NCBI GenBank assembly: GCA_016933025.1
Contig: JAFGBT010000006.1
Location: forward strand, 155,078-219,077
Reading direction: 5' to 3'
DNA: 64,000 nt
Source of the DNA: Spirochaetota bacterium
GTDB lineage: Bacteria; Spirochaetota; UBA4802; UBA5550
In this document: positions 43,020 through 52,601 of the stretch, piece by piece
Position numbering within the stretch: the first letter of the stretch is position 1
Layout of the letters: each line of letters starts with the position of its first letter
Position numbers and translations under genes: made by a program
Notes under the pieces: model-generated
What the model saw: only the letters and a program-made list of their open reading frames with translations
Told to the model about the DNA's origin: nothing
Database searches by the model: none

Positions 43020-43568
43020 TCAGACATAACAGTTCCAGAATTTTCCATTCTTAATGGCTTTTAATATGGCGTCCTTTTCGCGCTTCGAGTCGAGCTCTAT
43101 CCATGCCCGCCCGATGCCGATGAGCGTATGCGAATCGTCCGATGCGATCTTGGGATACCGGATGTTCAGCGATTCAAAAATTGTGTCCCGGAAGCCTTTT
43201 GTCGTGATCTCGACGGCGTCAAGGGGGTACATCTTCTCGAGCTCGGCCAGGCGTTCAAGAACCTGTTCCGGCGTTAGATCGTATTCGCCGATGTGATTGA
43301 ATATGTGGAGCACCTCTTCATCGCCCTCTATCTTTGACACGTGGATGTATCCCTTCACAAATACCGTCAGCTCAATCCCGTGAAAAATAATCATGTCGGT
43401 CTTGACCTGTGAATACAGATCGCGGTAATTCGGTTTCACCAGGTAGTCGTGGTCTGTAAAGGCGATAAAATCATACCCTTTTGATTCATAGGCATTGACC
43501 ACCTGCTGCGGCGTCAGCTTTCCGTCAGAGCAGGTCGTGTGAGTATGTAGACATCCTTTTAATAGCAT
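43020..43568 (-). CDS. small PHP-domain phosphoesterase
   Basis: HTHTTCSDG PHP signature; lower local GC. Confidence 0.7.
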   Translation of the reverse strand: MLLKGCLHTHTTCSDGKLTPQQVVNAYESKGYDFIAFTDHDYLVKPNYRDLYSQVKTDMIIFHGIELTVFVKGYIHVSKIEGDEEVLHIFNHIGEYDLTPEQVLERLAELEKMYPLDAVEITTKGFRDTIFESLNIRYPKIASDDSHTLIGIGRAWIELDSKREKDAILKAIKNGKFWNCYV

Positions 43569-43639
43569 ACTTCCCTGCGTATTGCCGTCTCATGAAAAAA
43601 TGCGGATCGGAGCCATACTCGCACGTATATAAATCTTTG

Positions 43640-43773
43640 ATTGGATGTTCAACCAATTACCTGGTCCCGATCCACCCCTTCTGACACAGCATTATTCAAA
43701 TAAAAACGGTTATATCGTTATCACTGGATATTTAAATTAATGTCCAATTTATGAGTTGGACGGCCAACCAACT
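43640..43773. promoter_or_regulatory. two related palindromic sites (ATTGG-N8-CCAAT at 43640-43657 and AGTTGG-N8-CCAACT at 43754-43773) in the AT-rich region upstream of the PHP gene
   Basis: Read directly; candidate operator pair; no cognate regulator identified. Confidence 0.25.
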
Positions 43774-43896
43774 ACTTATTAATTAATCACTCCGCCTGTT
43801 ATTGTCAATTAAAAAGTATCCAAACAGATGAAAAATTTTTCTGCACGCCTGGTATCGACGATCGACATCGTCCGGGGGCTGGCCCCGGGCAGAGAA

Positions 43897-44538
43897 TCAC
43901 TCCTTGTTTTCAAGGGATTTTTTCAAATCCTTTCCCATCTGATCAAGTATGTATTCCCTGCACCGGTTCAGGGTCATCGAATCGGTGACCTCATACGAGC
44001 GCTCGGGGCGGTCGTTCTTTATGGTCAGGATCGTGCCGCCGCTCGAGGTTGACACGAGGCGGGCCTGCACCTGGAAATAAAAGAATTTTTTCTTCTTCCT
44101 CTTCTTGACCTTTTCGGTCTCCTTCGTAACGGGATTCTTCACGTAATCGATGTATTCAACCCACTTCGTCTCTTCGCTGTTCCGGGTCACGTTTCCGAAC
44201 AGAAGCGCCTGCGCGCCGGTCAGGCGGCCGATCTCCTCGGAGTCCGATACCACCCCGGACTGGGAGCGTTCGATCTCCCTGAGTATCGTCCTCAGTTTCG
44301 CCCGCTCGACAACGTTCTTTCCCGCATCGATGAAGCTGCTCCGGAAGGCATCCTCGCACTCGACAGCGATCGCCCTCGGTATCCCCGGGGCCTTGTCAAA
44401 ATCCATTATCGCGAGCGTTTCGACCCTGTTCATTTCCGACTTGTTCAGCGAAATCTTTGAGGTCGAACAGGACATCATGATGATTGAAATGACCGCCGCG
44501 CCCGTGATAACGCCAATGACACACATTACTCTTTTCAT
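43897..44538 (-). CDS. CsgG-like (COG1462-type) lipoprotein
   Basis: Lipobox IMMSCS; LAIMDFDKAPG...VERAKLRTILREIERSQSG...ALLFGNV pattern; KKRKKKK stretch. Confidence 0.5.
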   Translation of the reverse strand: MKRVMCVIGVITGAAVISIIMMSCSTSKISLNKSEMNRVETLAIMDFDKAPGIPRAIAVECEDAFRSSFIDAGKNVVERAKLRTILREIERSQSGVVSDSEEIGRLTGAQALLFGNVTRNSEETKWVEYIDYVKNPVTKETEKVKKRKKKKFFYFQVQARLVSTSSGGTILTIKNDRPERSYEVTDSMTLNRCREYILDQMGKDLKKSLENKE

Positions 44539-44687
44539 ATATTATGCTCCTGGTACCTGTGGCCGCGCCCGGTAGCCGCGGCATATACTATGCCTGACAT
44601 GGCATGCACGCATTGCAGCAATGATAGCAGCGAAACAATTCCTGTCAATTATAATGCGTGCGGGGTTATAATTATCATGACCGCCCT

Positions 44688-46205
44688 TCAGGGTCCGAGA
44701 CGCGCGCTGATGCCGTCGGCCACGTGCGTGGAGAGCGCCATGATGGTAATCTGGGGATTCACCCCGAGCGACGTGGGGACGATGCTGCCGTCGGCGACAT
44801 ACAGGTTCTTCACCTCGAAACTTTCGCCGCTCCCGTCCACGGCGCCCCGTGACGGATCGGCCGCCATGCGGCAGGTCCCCAGGGGATGGAAGGCCATGGT
44901 CTCTATCTGGCTCGGCTTGATACGGGTCTCCAGAAGCCTGTCCGCGTCAGCGGCCGAATGGAGTACGGGCATTTTCGCTATGGCGGTGTAGACAAGCCTG
45001 GCCCCGGCCGCGAAGAAAATCTTCGAGAGATAGGCGATCCCCCGCTTGAGCTTGTCGGCATCGGCCTGCTTGATTAAATAGGTCGCGAAGATGCCCGCGT
45101 TCTTCCGGGTATCAAATCCCTTAAGCACCCTCCCCTCGGTCTCATCGTGGGCCATTATGCCGAAGACCGCCAGGCTGTTGTACTTGAGCGCCATCTCCTT
45201 GTGCTCGTACCCCACCCCCGGGAGCGCCGCCAGGAGGAGCGAGGGATGTACCATCACCCCCTCCATCATGATCCCCTCTCCCTCGAAATCGGGGATGTAG
45301 GCGCCCTGCGATACGCCCTTCCAGCCCTCGACGGTCTCGTCCATCAGGGCGACCACCCTGCCCGCCGGATGGATCTGCAGGTGCCTTCCGATGTGCCTGT
45401 TCTTCAGACCGCTCCATTTAAGGAACGACGGCGTGATCATCGATCCGCAGGAAACCACGACGACGCGCGACTTCACGCTGACGCGTCGTGTCCGCCTCCC
45501 CGTTTTCGGCTCCACCACCGAGCCTTCAACGCCCGCCGCGACGCCGCCGCTGACAATCACCCGCTCCGCCCTGCAGTTGGCATAGACCCGCGCCCCCGCC
45601 TTCACGGCCAGGGGGACATAGGTTACGTTCACGCTCTGCTTGGCGTTCTCCGGGCATCCGAACTGGCAGGGTCCGCATCCCTTGCAATCCTTAACGTTAT
45701 GTCTGAGGGGCAGGCAGGTATACCCCAGTTTATCGCAACCGCGCTTTACGATACTCGCGTTATTGCCCAGGATATCCCAGGTGAGCTCGGTGACATTGAT
45801 GATTTTCTCCACCCTGTCGAAGTAGGGACCAAGAGTATCCTCGGACATGGCTCCGAGTCCAAGCTCGTCGCGCCACCGGTCAAGGACCGGACCGGGCGTC
45901 CTGAAGCAGGTTGCCGAGTTCACCGTGCTGGTCCCGCCTATGCACTTCCCCAGGGTAATGGATATGAAGGGATTCCCCAGCGTCCCGGTTGTGCCGCCGC
46001 CGCGGTACATTGCCGACATCCCGCTTGCCGGTCTGCCGTCCCAGTCGTCCACGGTGAAGTGCCCCCCCTCCTCCAGAAGCACCACCGAATGGCCCTTCTC
46101 CGCGAGCTCCTTCGCGACCACCCCGCCGCCCGGCCCGCTGCCTATGACGCATACATCGCAGGATTCATCGATATCGCCGGTGTAGTCTTTATATGTCTTT
46201 ATCAT
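44688..46205 (-). CDS. GMC-family FAD-dependent oxidoreductase (large subunit)
   Basis: CVIGSGPGGG dinucleotide motif; GMC C-terminal region (HPLGTCRM...NLYVADGSIVP). Confidence 0.85.
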   Translation of the reverse strand: MIKTYKDYTGDIDESCDVCVIGSGPGGGVVAKELAEKGHSVVLLEEGGHFTVDDWDGRPASGMSAMYRGGGTTGTLGNPFISITLGKCIGGTSTVNSATCFRTPGPVLDRWRDELGLGAMSEDTLGPYFDRVEKIINVTELTWDILGNNASIVKRGCDKLGYTCLPLRHNVKDCKGCGPCQFGCPENAKQSVNVTYVPLAVKAGARVYANCRAERVIVSGGVAAGVEGSVVEPKTGRRTRRVSVKSRVVVVSCGSMITPSFLKWSGLKNRHIGRHLQIHPAGRVVALMDETVEGWKGVSQGAYIPDFEGEGIMMEGVMVHPSLLLAALPGVGYEHKEMALKYNSLAVFGIMAHDETEGRVLKGFDTRKNAGIFATYLIKQADADKLKRGIAYLSKIFFAAGARLVYTAIAKMPVLHSAADADRLLETRIKPSQIETMAFHPLGTCRMAADPSRGAVDGSGESFEVKNLYVADGSIVPTSLGVNPQITIMALSTHVADGISARLGP

Positions 46206-46291
46206 AATCTATAATCCTTTTGATAATTAAATCTTAAAGTATAAGAGATAAAATATATAGAGCATGGCGGATGCATCCGCCGCTATATTTT

Positions 46292-46747
46292 TTATTTTTT
46301 CCAGGTACACCCGTGCTCGTACCCGGTAAGGCACGCCCGTTCGTCGCTCTCGTAAAACGTCAGCATGGTTATCAGCTTGAGCAGAAGCATGATCATCCGC
46401 TTGTAAAAGAAGCGGCTCTTCTCCATCGATTCAAGAAAGCGGATCCTCTTTTCCTCGCTTAACCGCGTGAACACCTTTCCATGCCTGGTTAACGCGCCGT
46501 ACTGAACGTATTTCAGCATCACCGGGAAGAGCTTCCTGATCGATGGGTCATAGCTCATGATGAGCTCGCCGGCGCGCGGCAGGAGGTCATAATCGGCGGC
46601 GCCGGGACCGAACGCGCCGCCCCGCGGGATTATTGTGTCCATCACCGACCTGAGTATCTCGCCGCTCCCACCACGGAGCACGCCCGGCCCTGCGATCCCT
46701 TCTGTTCTCTTCATACCGATATCCCTCCGCGAGATTCTTGAACGCAC
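46292..46747 (-). CDS. gluconate 2-dehydrogenase subunit 3-like small subunit of the GMC oxidoreductase
   Basis: LRSVMDTIIPRGGAFGPGAADYDLLPRAGELI pattern typical of small subunits paired with GMC enzymes; start uncertain. Confidence 0.55.
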   Translation of the reverse strand: MRSRISRRDIGMKRTEGIAGPGVLRGGSGEILRSVMDTIIPRGGAFGPGAADYDLLPRAGELIMSYDPSIRKLFPVMLKYVQYGALTRHGKVFTRLSEEKRIRFLESMEKSRFFYKRMIMLLLKLITMLTFYESDERACLTGYEHGCTWKK

Positions 46748-46820
46748 CGATATATAATGTATTTATATCCTATATATCAAAAAAACGAGGCTGTCGTCTG
46801 GAATGATAATTCCGGAAGGA

Positions 46821-47666
46821 TTAACCGGTTTTTTTCGCGGCCCGGCCGACCCAGTCCTCCATGCTCTTCCCGATGCCGAAGACCTTCGAGGCGAGAAACA
46901 TTATGATAAAATCCGGGACCAGGCCCCTCATGAGAGCGCCCAGGTGGAGAGTGGCCGGAATTTTGACGGTGTTGCGTCTCTTTTTGACCGCCTTCCCGAC
47001 AATGGCGCGGGCGACAATATCCGGGGATTTTATCCGGGGCAGCAGAAGCTCGCCGAGCCGGTTGAGGTGCCCGCCGGCGAACAGCCCCTCCTTGAGAAAG
47101 TGGGGATGCACCGATGCGACATGGATATCTTTACCGTCCGCAATTACTTCAAGCCTGATGGATTCGGTAAAACCCCAGACCGCCCACTTGGTTGCGCAGT
47201 AGGCCGCGAGGTCGGCTACCCCGATGATGCCGGCCGCAGACGAGATATTCACTATCCACCCTGAATTTCTCTCGTACATGCGGGGGAGGACCGCATGGGT
47301 CGTGTAAAAAATAGAGAGCAGGTTGACATCCACGACCTTTTCCCATTCTGACAACGGAACGGCGCAGAAACGGCCGTGGCGCTCGATCCCGGCGTTGTTC
47401 ACGAGAATATCGACGCCCCCCATGTCGGAAACCGCCTTGCGCACGAGTGTGAGCACCGCTTCCCTTTTGGTTACATCGCACTGGTACGCGAAAACCCTTC
47501 CGGGCCCGGCGCCCTTCAATTCCCTCACCGTTTCCTTGAGGGCCGCGGCGTTGACGTCGCAAATGGCGACATCGACGCCCTCGGCGACGAGCATGCGGGC
47601 TGTCGCGCGGCCTATCCCCATTCCGCCGCCGGTGACTATCGCTTTTTTCCCCTTGATCGACAACAT
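46821..47666 (-). CDS. SDR family oxidoreductase
   Basis: TGGGMGIGR, NNAG, Y-x3-K (YCATK) motifs. Confidence 0.85.
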   Translation of the reverse strand: MLSIKGKKAIVTGGGMGIGRATARMLVAEGVDVAICDVNAAALKETVRELKGAGPGRVFAYQCDVTKREAVLTLVRKAVSDMGGVDILVNNAGIERHGRFCAVPLSEWEKVVDVNLLSIFYTTHAVLPRMYERNSGWIVNISSAAGIIGVADLAAYCATKWAVWGFTESIRLEVIADGKDIHVASVHPHFLKEGLFAGGHLNRLGELLLPRIKSPDIVARAIVGKAVKKRRNTVKIPATLHLGALMRGLVPDFIIMFLASKVFGIGKSMEDWVGRAAKKTG

Positions 47667-47701
47667 GGCACCCTCCTTTCAACCCTGACGTTATGATATC
47701 G

Positions 47702-49519
47702 TTAGCTGCTTCTCAGCATCAGCATCATGGTGAGGTCATCCTCGATACGCTTCCCGCCTGTCCACCTTTCCAGGTCGCCCATGATATGCCTGGCGGCCTC
47801 GGCCGCGCTTCCGACCGGCGCAGTCTCAAAAGACGCGATAAGCCTCCCAAGGCCGTAATGCTCCTTTCCGGCATCCGCCGCCTCTATCAGCGCATCGGTG
47901 TACAGGAGGAGCATGTCTCCCGGCGCCACCTTGAAGGTCATGACATCGAACCTCGAGACCATCTCCGGAACGCCGAGAAACGCGCCCCTGAAATCCCGGT
48001 CGGGCAGATTGACGATTGAGACCGCACCGCCGTCCCCCCGCTTCAGGAGGAGGTGGGTGTGCCCCGCATTGACATATTCAACGGCGCCGTCCCCGATCCG
48101 AAGCAGGATGCCCGTGATAAAGTTGTCGATGTGGCCGATGTCCCTGACCAGCTCGTCGTTGATCAGCCGGGCGACATGGTTCAGCGGGGCGTCCGTGTGC
48201 GAGGTAAAAATCCGGTAGACGATCGATTTAGCGATCATGGTTATGAGTCCCGCGGCCACGCCATGGCCCGAGACGTCGAAGAGGGACACCCCGCGCAGCC
48301 TCCTTTCTGATACGTAAAAATCGTAGAAATCGCCCGATACCGGAAAGACCGGCCTGAACACCATGGAGACGCTCCATCCCTCTATCCCGGAGGGAGGGGA
48401 CGGAAAAATGCCGGACTGGACACGCGCCGCCATTTCCATGTCGATGTCGACCATGCGCTGCATCTCTATCAGCTTTTTGGTCTCGCGCATGTCATATCCG
48501 ACAAACACGAATCCCAATAGATCGCCCTCGGCGTCGCGTATGGAAGAGCAGGAAAGGCGAACCGGGATGGTGCTCCCGTCGCCGGTCCTGAAATGGACAT
48601 CGGAGATGCTGCTGTCCCGCGGGAGGAAACGGAAATGGCGCATCTCATCATCGATCTGGTCACTCTCTACAACCAGAAAACCAATCGGTTTCCGGATAAG
48701 ATCGGCACGGCCGTACCCGAGGGCGGCGCAGGTGCGCGGGCTGACATGGCTGATAATGCCGTCATAGTCGGCCAGCACCATCAGGTCTCGCATGCTCTTG
48801 ATGATCTCGCTCGCCGCGAAGGACGTGCTCAGCACCATCAGCCGGTATTTCTTTACGGCGAACCACAGGCCAACGAGCCATATCATTCCCATCACCGGCG
48901 CCATCACCGGAATGACCGCTATATTCATGGCCGGAAGCATGACGTCGATGAACGACCCGAACGCGAGCGCCACCACGGAGGTTGCGATGATGATCCGCAT
49001 CTGCTTCTTTTCCCTCCTGAATCGGGCCCGCCTTCCCCAGAGATAGAGCGCGGTAAAGCCGGTCACAAGATAAAGCACATAGGCGGAGACATACACAAGC
49101 ACCGGATGGAAGCTGATGTTGTACACCGGGACCCAGCCGCCGGGGACCTTGCGCAGAATCCCCGGGTGCAGGACATGCGCGTTCGCATAAATGATGCCAG
49201 CAACCGCGGGCGCGTACATGATGACAAGGGTCCATGGGTTGACGAACCGCTTGTTATGCGACATCAGCAGAAGGAGATGAAGCGTGAGGGGAACGAACAT
49301 GTTCCAGCCGACGGAAGAAATCCGGTACCAGGCGAATGCGTCATAACGGCCGGCGGCGGCGTGCATGAACGCGAACGAAAAGGCCCACAGGGTATACGAG
49401 ATACAGAGGAGCAGCATGACGCGGTTCACCATCGACTTTTTATCGAGGCGGTACGTGATAATGCCCAGGTAGAGGTAATTAAAGCACGCAAAGAATAATA
49501 GGAGAGAAAATATATTCAC
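47702..49519 (-). CDS. membrane sensor (multi-TM, PAS-like) with C-terminal PP2C/SpoIIE phosphatase
   Basis: About 8 hydrophobic helices; PP2C motifs SGDFYDF, LFDVSGHG, LLYTDAL. Confidence 0.75.
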   Translation of the reverse strand: MNIFSLLLFFACFNYLYLGIITYRLDKKSMVNRVMLLLCISYTLWAFSFAFMHAAAGRYDAFAWYRISSVGWNMFVPLTLHLLLLMSHNKRFVNPWTLVIMYAPAVAGIIYANAHVLHPGILRKVPGGWVPVYNISFHPVLVYVSAYVLYLVTGFTALYLWGRRARFRREKKQMRIIIATSVVALAFGSFIDVMLPAMNIAVIPVMAPVMGMIWLVGLWFAVKKYRLMVLSTSFAASEIIKSMRDLMVLADYDGIISHVSPRTCAALGYGRADLIRKPIGFLVVESDQIDDEMRHFRFLPRDSSISDVHFRTGDGSTIPVRLSCSSIRDAEGDLLGFVFVGYDMRETKKLIEMQRMVDIDMEMAARVQSGIFPSPPSGIEGWSVSMVFRPVFPVSGDFYDFYVSERRLRGVSLFDVSGHGVAAGLITMIAKSIVYRIFTSHTDAPLNHVARLINDELVRDIGHIDNFITGILLRIGDGAVEYVNAGHTHLLLKRGDGGAVSIVNLPDRDFRGAFLGVPEMVSRFDVMTFKVAPGDMLLLYTDALIEAADAGKEHYGLGRLIASFETAPVGSAAEAARHIMGDLERWTGGKRIEDDLTMMLMLRSS

Positions 49520-49565
49520 GTGATTATCCCTGACGTACGATATAACGCTACAGCGGGCGTGTCAA

Positions 49566-50669
49566 TCATTTCCCCTGCCTTTTCCTGAACGCCTGCGGGG
49601 AGAGCCCGGTAAACCGGGAAAACGCTTCGTAAAACGCGGATTTTGAATTGAATCCGACATCAAGAGAGATTGCCAGCACCGTTTTCTCCGGCTCGTTCAG
49701 AAGGGCATTCTTCGCCGCCTCAATCCGACGCTGGTTGATATACGCGTTGAAATTGGTGTTGAGCCGTTCATTCAGGAGCTGCGACAGCTGATGGGGTGTT
49801 ATGGAAAGCTCGTCCGCCACGTCGCGCAGGGTGAGCTGGTCGTCGGTGTATATCCGTTCCCGGTCCATGAGGAGTTCAAGCCTTCCGATCAGCGCGGCGA
49901 CATCGACTCCTTCCAGCAGCGATCGGCCGCAGTGTTTCTTCTCCGCCTCGAACATCAGGAGCTGGAGTATCTTCGGATGCCTCTGGCTTATCAGGTACGC
50001 GCAGATGACAAGGAGGCCCGCCAGGTTCGTTCCCCACCGGAGAAGGGTATACGATCCAATCAGGTATCCGAGAATGATAATCACCGTGAGCGCCGCGATG
50101 ATGATCACGCTGCTAATCATCACATAGATGATCGTCACGTTTTCCCCTTCAACCCTGGTGGCCCGCATCCTCCTGAACAGAAAGCCCATGTAGACAAGCA
50201 TCTGGACACCGGCGCCCGCGATGACAAGCCGTGCGGCCAACGCGCAGGGAGAATGCCCGCCGGCGAACAATGCGCTCAGCAGAGCGACCCTCTCGCCGGC
50301 CGGCAGCACCATGTATCCGATGTCCGCGGCAAGGCCGACAACCACCGGAAGAAACAGGAAGGCCATTCTCCGCGGCATGCTTTCGACCGGCAGGATCACC
50401 AGGTAATCGGCGATATAGACGATGGGCGCCATGAAGTAGAGGGCGGTACCATGGAAGAAGAGGAGCCCCGGGTGGGCCAGGAATGCGTCATTGACAATCA
50501 CGCAGACCTGGAAAAAAATCGCTCCCAGGCAAAACAGGTACAGAGCGAGCACATAGTTCTCGAAATACCGTATCTTACCGGAGAGCTGGCCCAGACAGAG
50601 GAGGAACGATAGACCGGAGGAAAAAAATATGAAAGCCGCCGATATGAATTCAATGCTCAGTATTTCCAT
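49566..50669 (-). CDS. membrane-anchored AraC-family transcriptional regulator
   Basis: About 6 N-terminal TM helices; C-terminal HTH_AraC (LTLRDVADELSITPHQLSQLLNERL...SLDVGFNSKSAFYEAFSRFTGLSPQAFRKR). Confidence 0.75.
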   Translation of the reverse strand: MEILSIEFISAAFIFFSSGLSFLLCLGQLSGKIRYFENYVLALYLFCLGAIFFQVCVIVNDAFLAHPGLLFFHGTALYFMAPIVYIADYLVILPVESMPRRMAFLFLPVVVGLAADIGYMVLPAGERVALLSALFAGGHSPCALAARLVIAGAGVQMLVYMGFLFRRMRATRVEGENVTIIYVMISSVIIIAALTVIIILGYLIGSYTLLRWGTNLAGLLVICAYLISQRHPKILQLLMFEAEKKHCGRSLLEGVDVAALIGRLELLMDRERIYTDDQLTLRDVADELSITPHQLSQLLNERLNTNFNAYINQRRIEAAKNALLNEPEKTVLAISLDVGFNSKSAFYEAFSRFTGLSPQAFRKRQGK

Positions 50670-50678
50670 GAGCCGCCG

Positions 50679-51356
50679 TCACCTGAATATGAGCGCGGAT
50701 ATGAAAAGGAGCTCCACGAGAAAATGAAAAAGGAATGGAAGCCATATGCTCCGTGTCTTCAGGGCGAGCCAAGAGAGGATCGGCGAGCCGACCAGCAGCC
50801 CGAGCGCCTCGAGTTCTGGCTTAACGAAATGGAAAACCACCTCGAATATCCAGGCCACGGCCACCGCCAGCATTACCGCAGTCTCCTCGCGTATTCCCTC
50901 CCGCTCGGTCAGTACGTATCTGAGGCCCATGAGGAGAAACCCCCTGTGCAGGAACTCCCACCCCGTGAGCGTTGACGCGGTGAAGACCATAAAGCTCGCG
51001 AAGCGATCGAACCGGCTCCCTCCCCCGAACGAATAGGCATAGTGGGAAAAATATCCCTGTATGAAATATATCCCGGCAAAAATGACTATCAGGACGACGA
51101 TACCGGCGATAACGACAGTGCGCATCTTCCGGTCCAGGCGGGGAAGGCCGAGGCCGATCCGGGAAAACGGAATTTTCAGAGCCATCAGGACGATAACCGG
51201 TACCACGATGCGGAGAACGACCCAGAGCGCGTAAAAGGAATCTCCAATGATAAACGACTTCGCGTGGTACGAGCCTGCGAGCTGCGCCGCCAGCGCGGTG
51301 AAGATGATGATCAGGAATGACGATACAGCGGGAAACCCGCGGGTCTTAGAGGCCAT
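50679..51356 (-). CDS. CPBP-family intramembrane metalloprotease (CAAX protease-like)
   Basis: Polytopic; candidate motifs WEFLHRG and FHF..H. Confidence 0.6.
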   Translation of the reverse strand: MASKTRGFPAVSSFLIIIFTALAAQLAGSYHAKSFIIGDSFYALWVVLRIVVPVIVLMALKIPFSRIGLGLPRLDRKMRTVVIAGIVVLIVIFAGIYFIQGYFSHYAYSFGGGSRFDRFASFMVFTASTLTGWEFLHRGFLLMGLRYVLTEREGIREETAVMLAVAVAWIFEVVFHFVKPELEALGLLVGSPILSWLALKTRSIWLPFLFHFLVELLFISALIFR

Positions 51357-51388
51357 GGAGCACCCTCCCGGGGAATGCAGACGCGTGA

Positions 51389-52360
51389 TTATTCCTCTGA
51401 TCGAGTCTCATCAGGCTTGTCCTTCCCGAATTTTATTGAATAGACGGCGGACAAGACAATTCCGTAGAAGTGATCGTACTTGCCGTCATAGTGCGCGAAT
51501 TCATAGTAGTATTTCCATCCGGTATTCGGCTGAATGAAATAGAGAACCTGATACCGGAACCCGAGGGAGAGCGAAATGTTCGCCTTGCTGATGTAATAGG
51601 CGAACGAGAGGGAGCTGTTTCCGGCAATCGCGTAAAAATTCGACTTGCGGTACTGGGTGGGATTCTGCTGGACGCCACTATCCCCTATCAGGATAAAATA
51701 ATTATGTTGAAACGAAAAATGCTCCTGACCGAACAGAAATGAAGCAGAACCGTTTATCAGCACATAAAAATTCTCAATGAGAGGAATGTTGAAACCGAGG
51801 CCCAGCCCCAGCCCCAGGTTTCTCATGACGTCGCGGGCGTTTCTGGCAAAAAGCGCACCTTCCTCTGTAAAGTTGGCAAACCACATGTTCTCCCGGTAGG
51901 TATATCCCTGGTATTTAAATCCAAGGAAAAGCCTGAAATACCTGTTGACCTGGCAGTTTAACGTGGAGTCGCTGTCATATTTTTCGATCTTTTTCCTGTA
52001 CCTTGTATCACCCAGATACCCGAATCCGGTGAGGCGGGGACCGTTCGAAACGAACTCGAACCTGCCGTACATGAACACCGAAGCCACGCTCCACCGATGG
52101 TCAAACCCGATCATGAGCATCGGGCCATAGAGAAACGACATGTCAGAGGTAAAATCATTTAATTTTATCGGCACCGGTACGGGTGGAAAATCACCCGTCA
52201 GGGTCGCCGGCACCCTGAATTTCCAGTATGCCCAGGCAGGCTCCCACTTGCTGTACCAGGTGGTGCCGCCGAAGGCGATCTGAAATGAATAGGCGGGGAT
52301 CGCTGCGGTCGTCACAATGACACTTATGAGTAACAGCACCACTCTCGGAAGATATTTCAT
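51389..52360 (-). CDS. putative outer-membrane beta-barrel protein
   Basis: Signal peptide MKYLPRVVLLLISVIVTTAAIPAYS; aromatic-rich beta-strand pattern; C-terminal F; AGGAGG RBS at the trimmed start. Confidence 0.5.
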   Translation of the reverse strand: MKYLPRVVLLLISVIVTTAAIPAYSFQIAFGGTTWYSKWEPAWAYWKFRVPATLTGDFPPVPVPIKLNDFTSDMSFLYGPMLMIGFDHRWSVASVFMYGRFEFVSNGPRLTGFGYLGDTRYRKKIEKYDSDSTLNCQVNRYFRLFLGFKYQGYTYRENMWFANFTEEGALFARNARDVMRNLGLGLGLGFNIPLIENFYVLINGSASFLFGQEHFSFQHNYFILIGDSGVQQNPTQYRKSNFYAIAGNSSLSFAYYISKANISLSLGFRYQVLYFIQPNTGWKYYYEFAHYDGKYDHFYGIVLSAVYSIKFGKDKPDETRSEE

Positions 52361-52601
52361 AGACTCCCTCCTGGCTCCATGGCACATTTACCGAAGGCTG
52401 GCAGCCAAACGATGTTCCACCACGCCTTTCATGCATACGAATATCAAAAATAACCTGAAATGAATAATATTTCAAGAAAAATATGATGGGCGGCATGCGG
52501 TCGCTTAAAAATTACTTGCTGAAAGTGCTTTTCACTATCATTATTCTGTAATACCATGTATATTATATACCAACAGAGCGTATCTTCTACGGAGAATCTT
52601 C

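Noticed and set aside
45147-46214. + strand 355-aa ORF
   Set aside because: Antisense to the GMC oxidoreductase large subunit.
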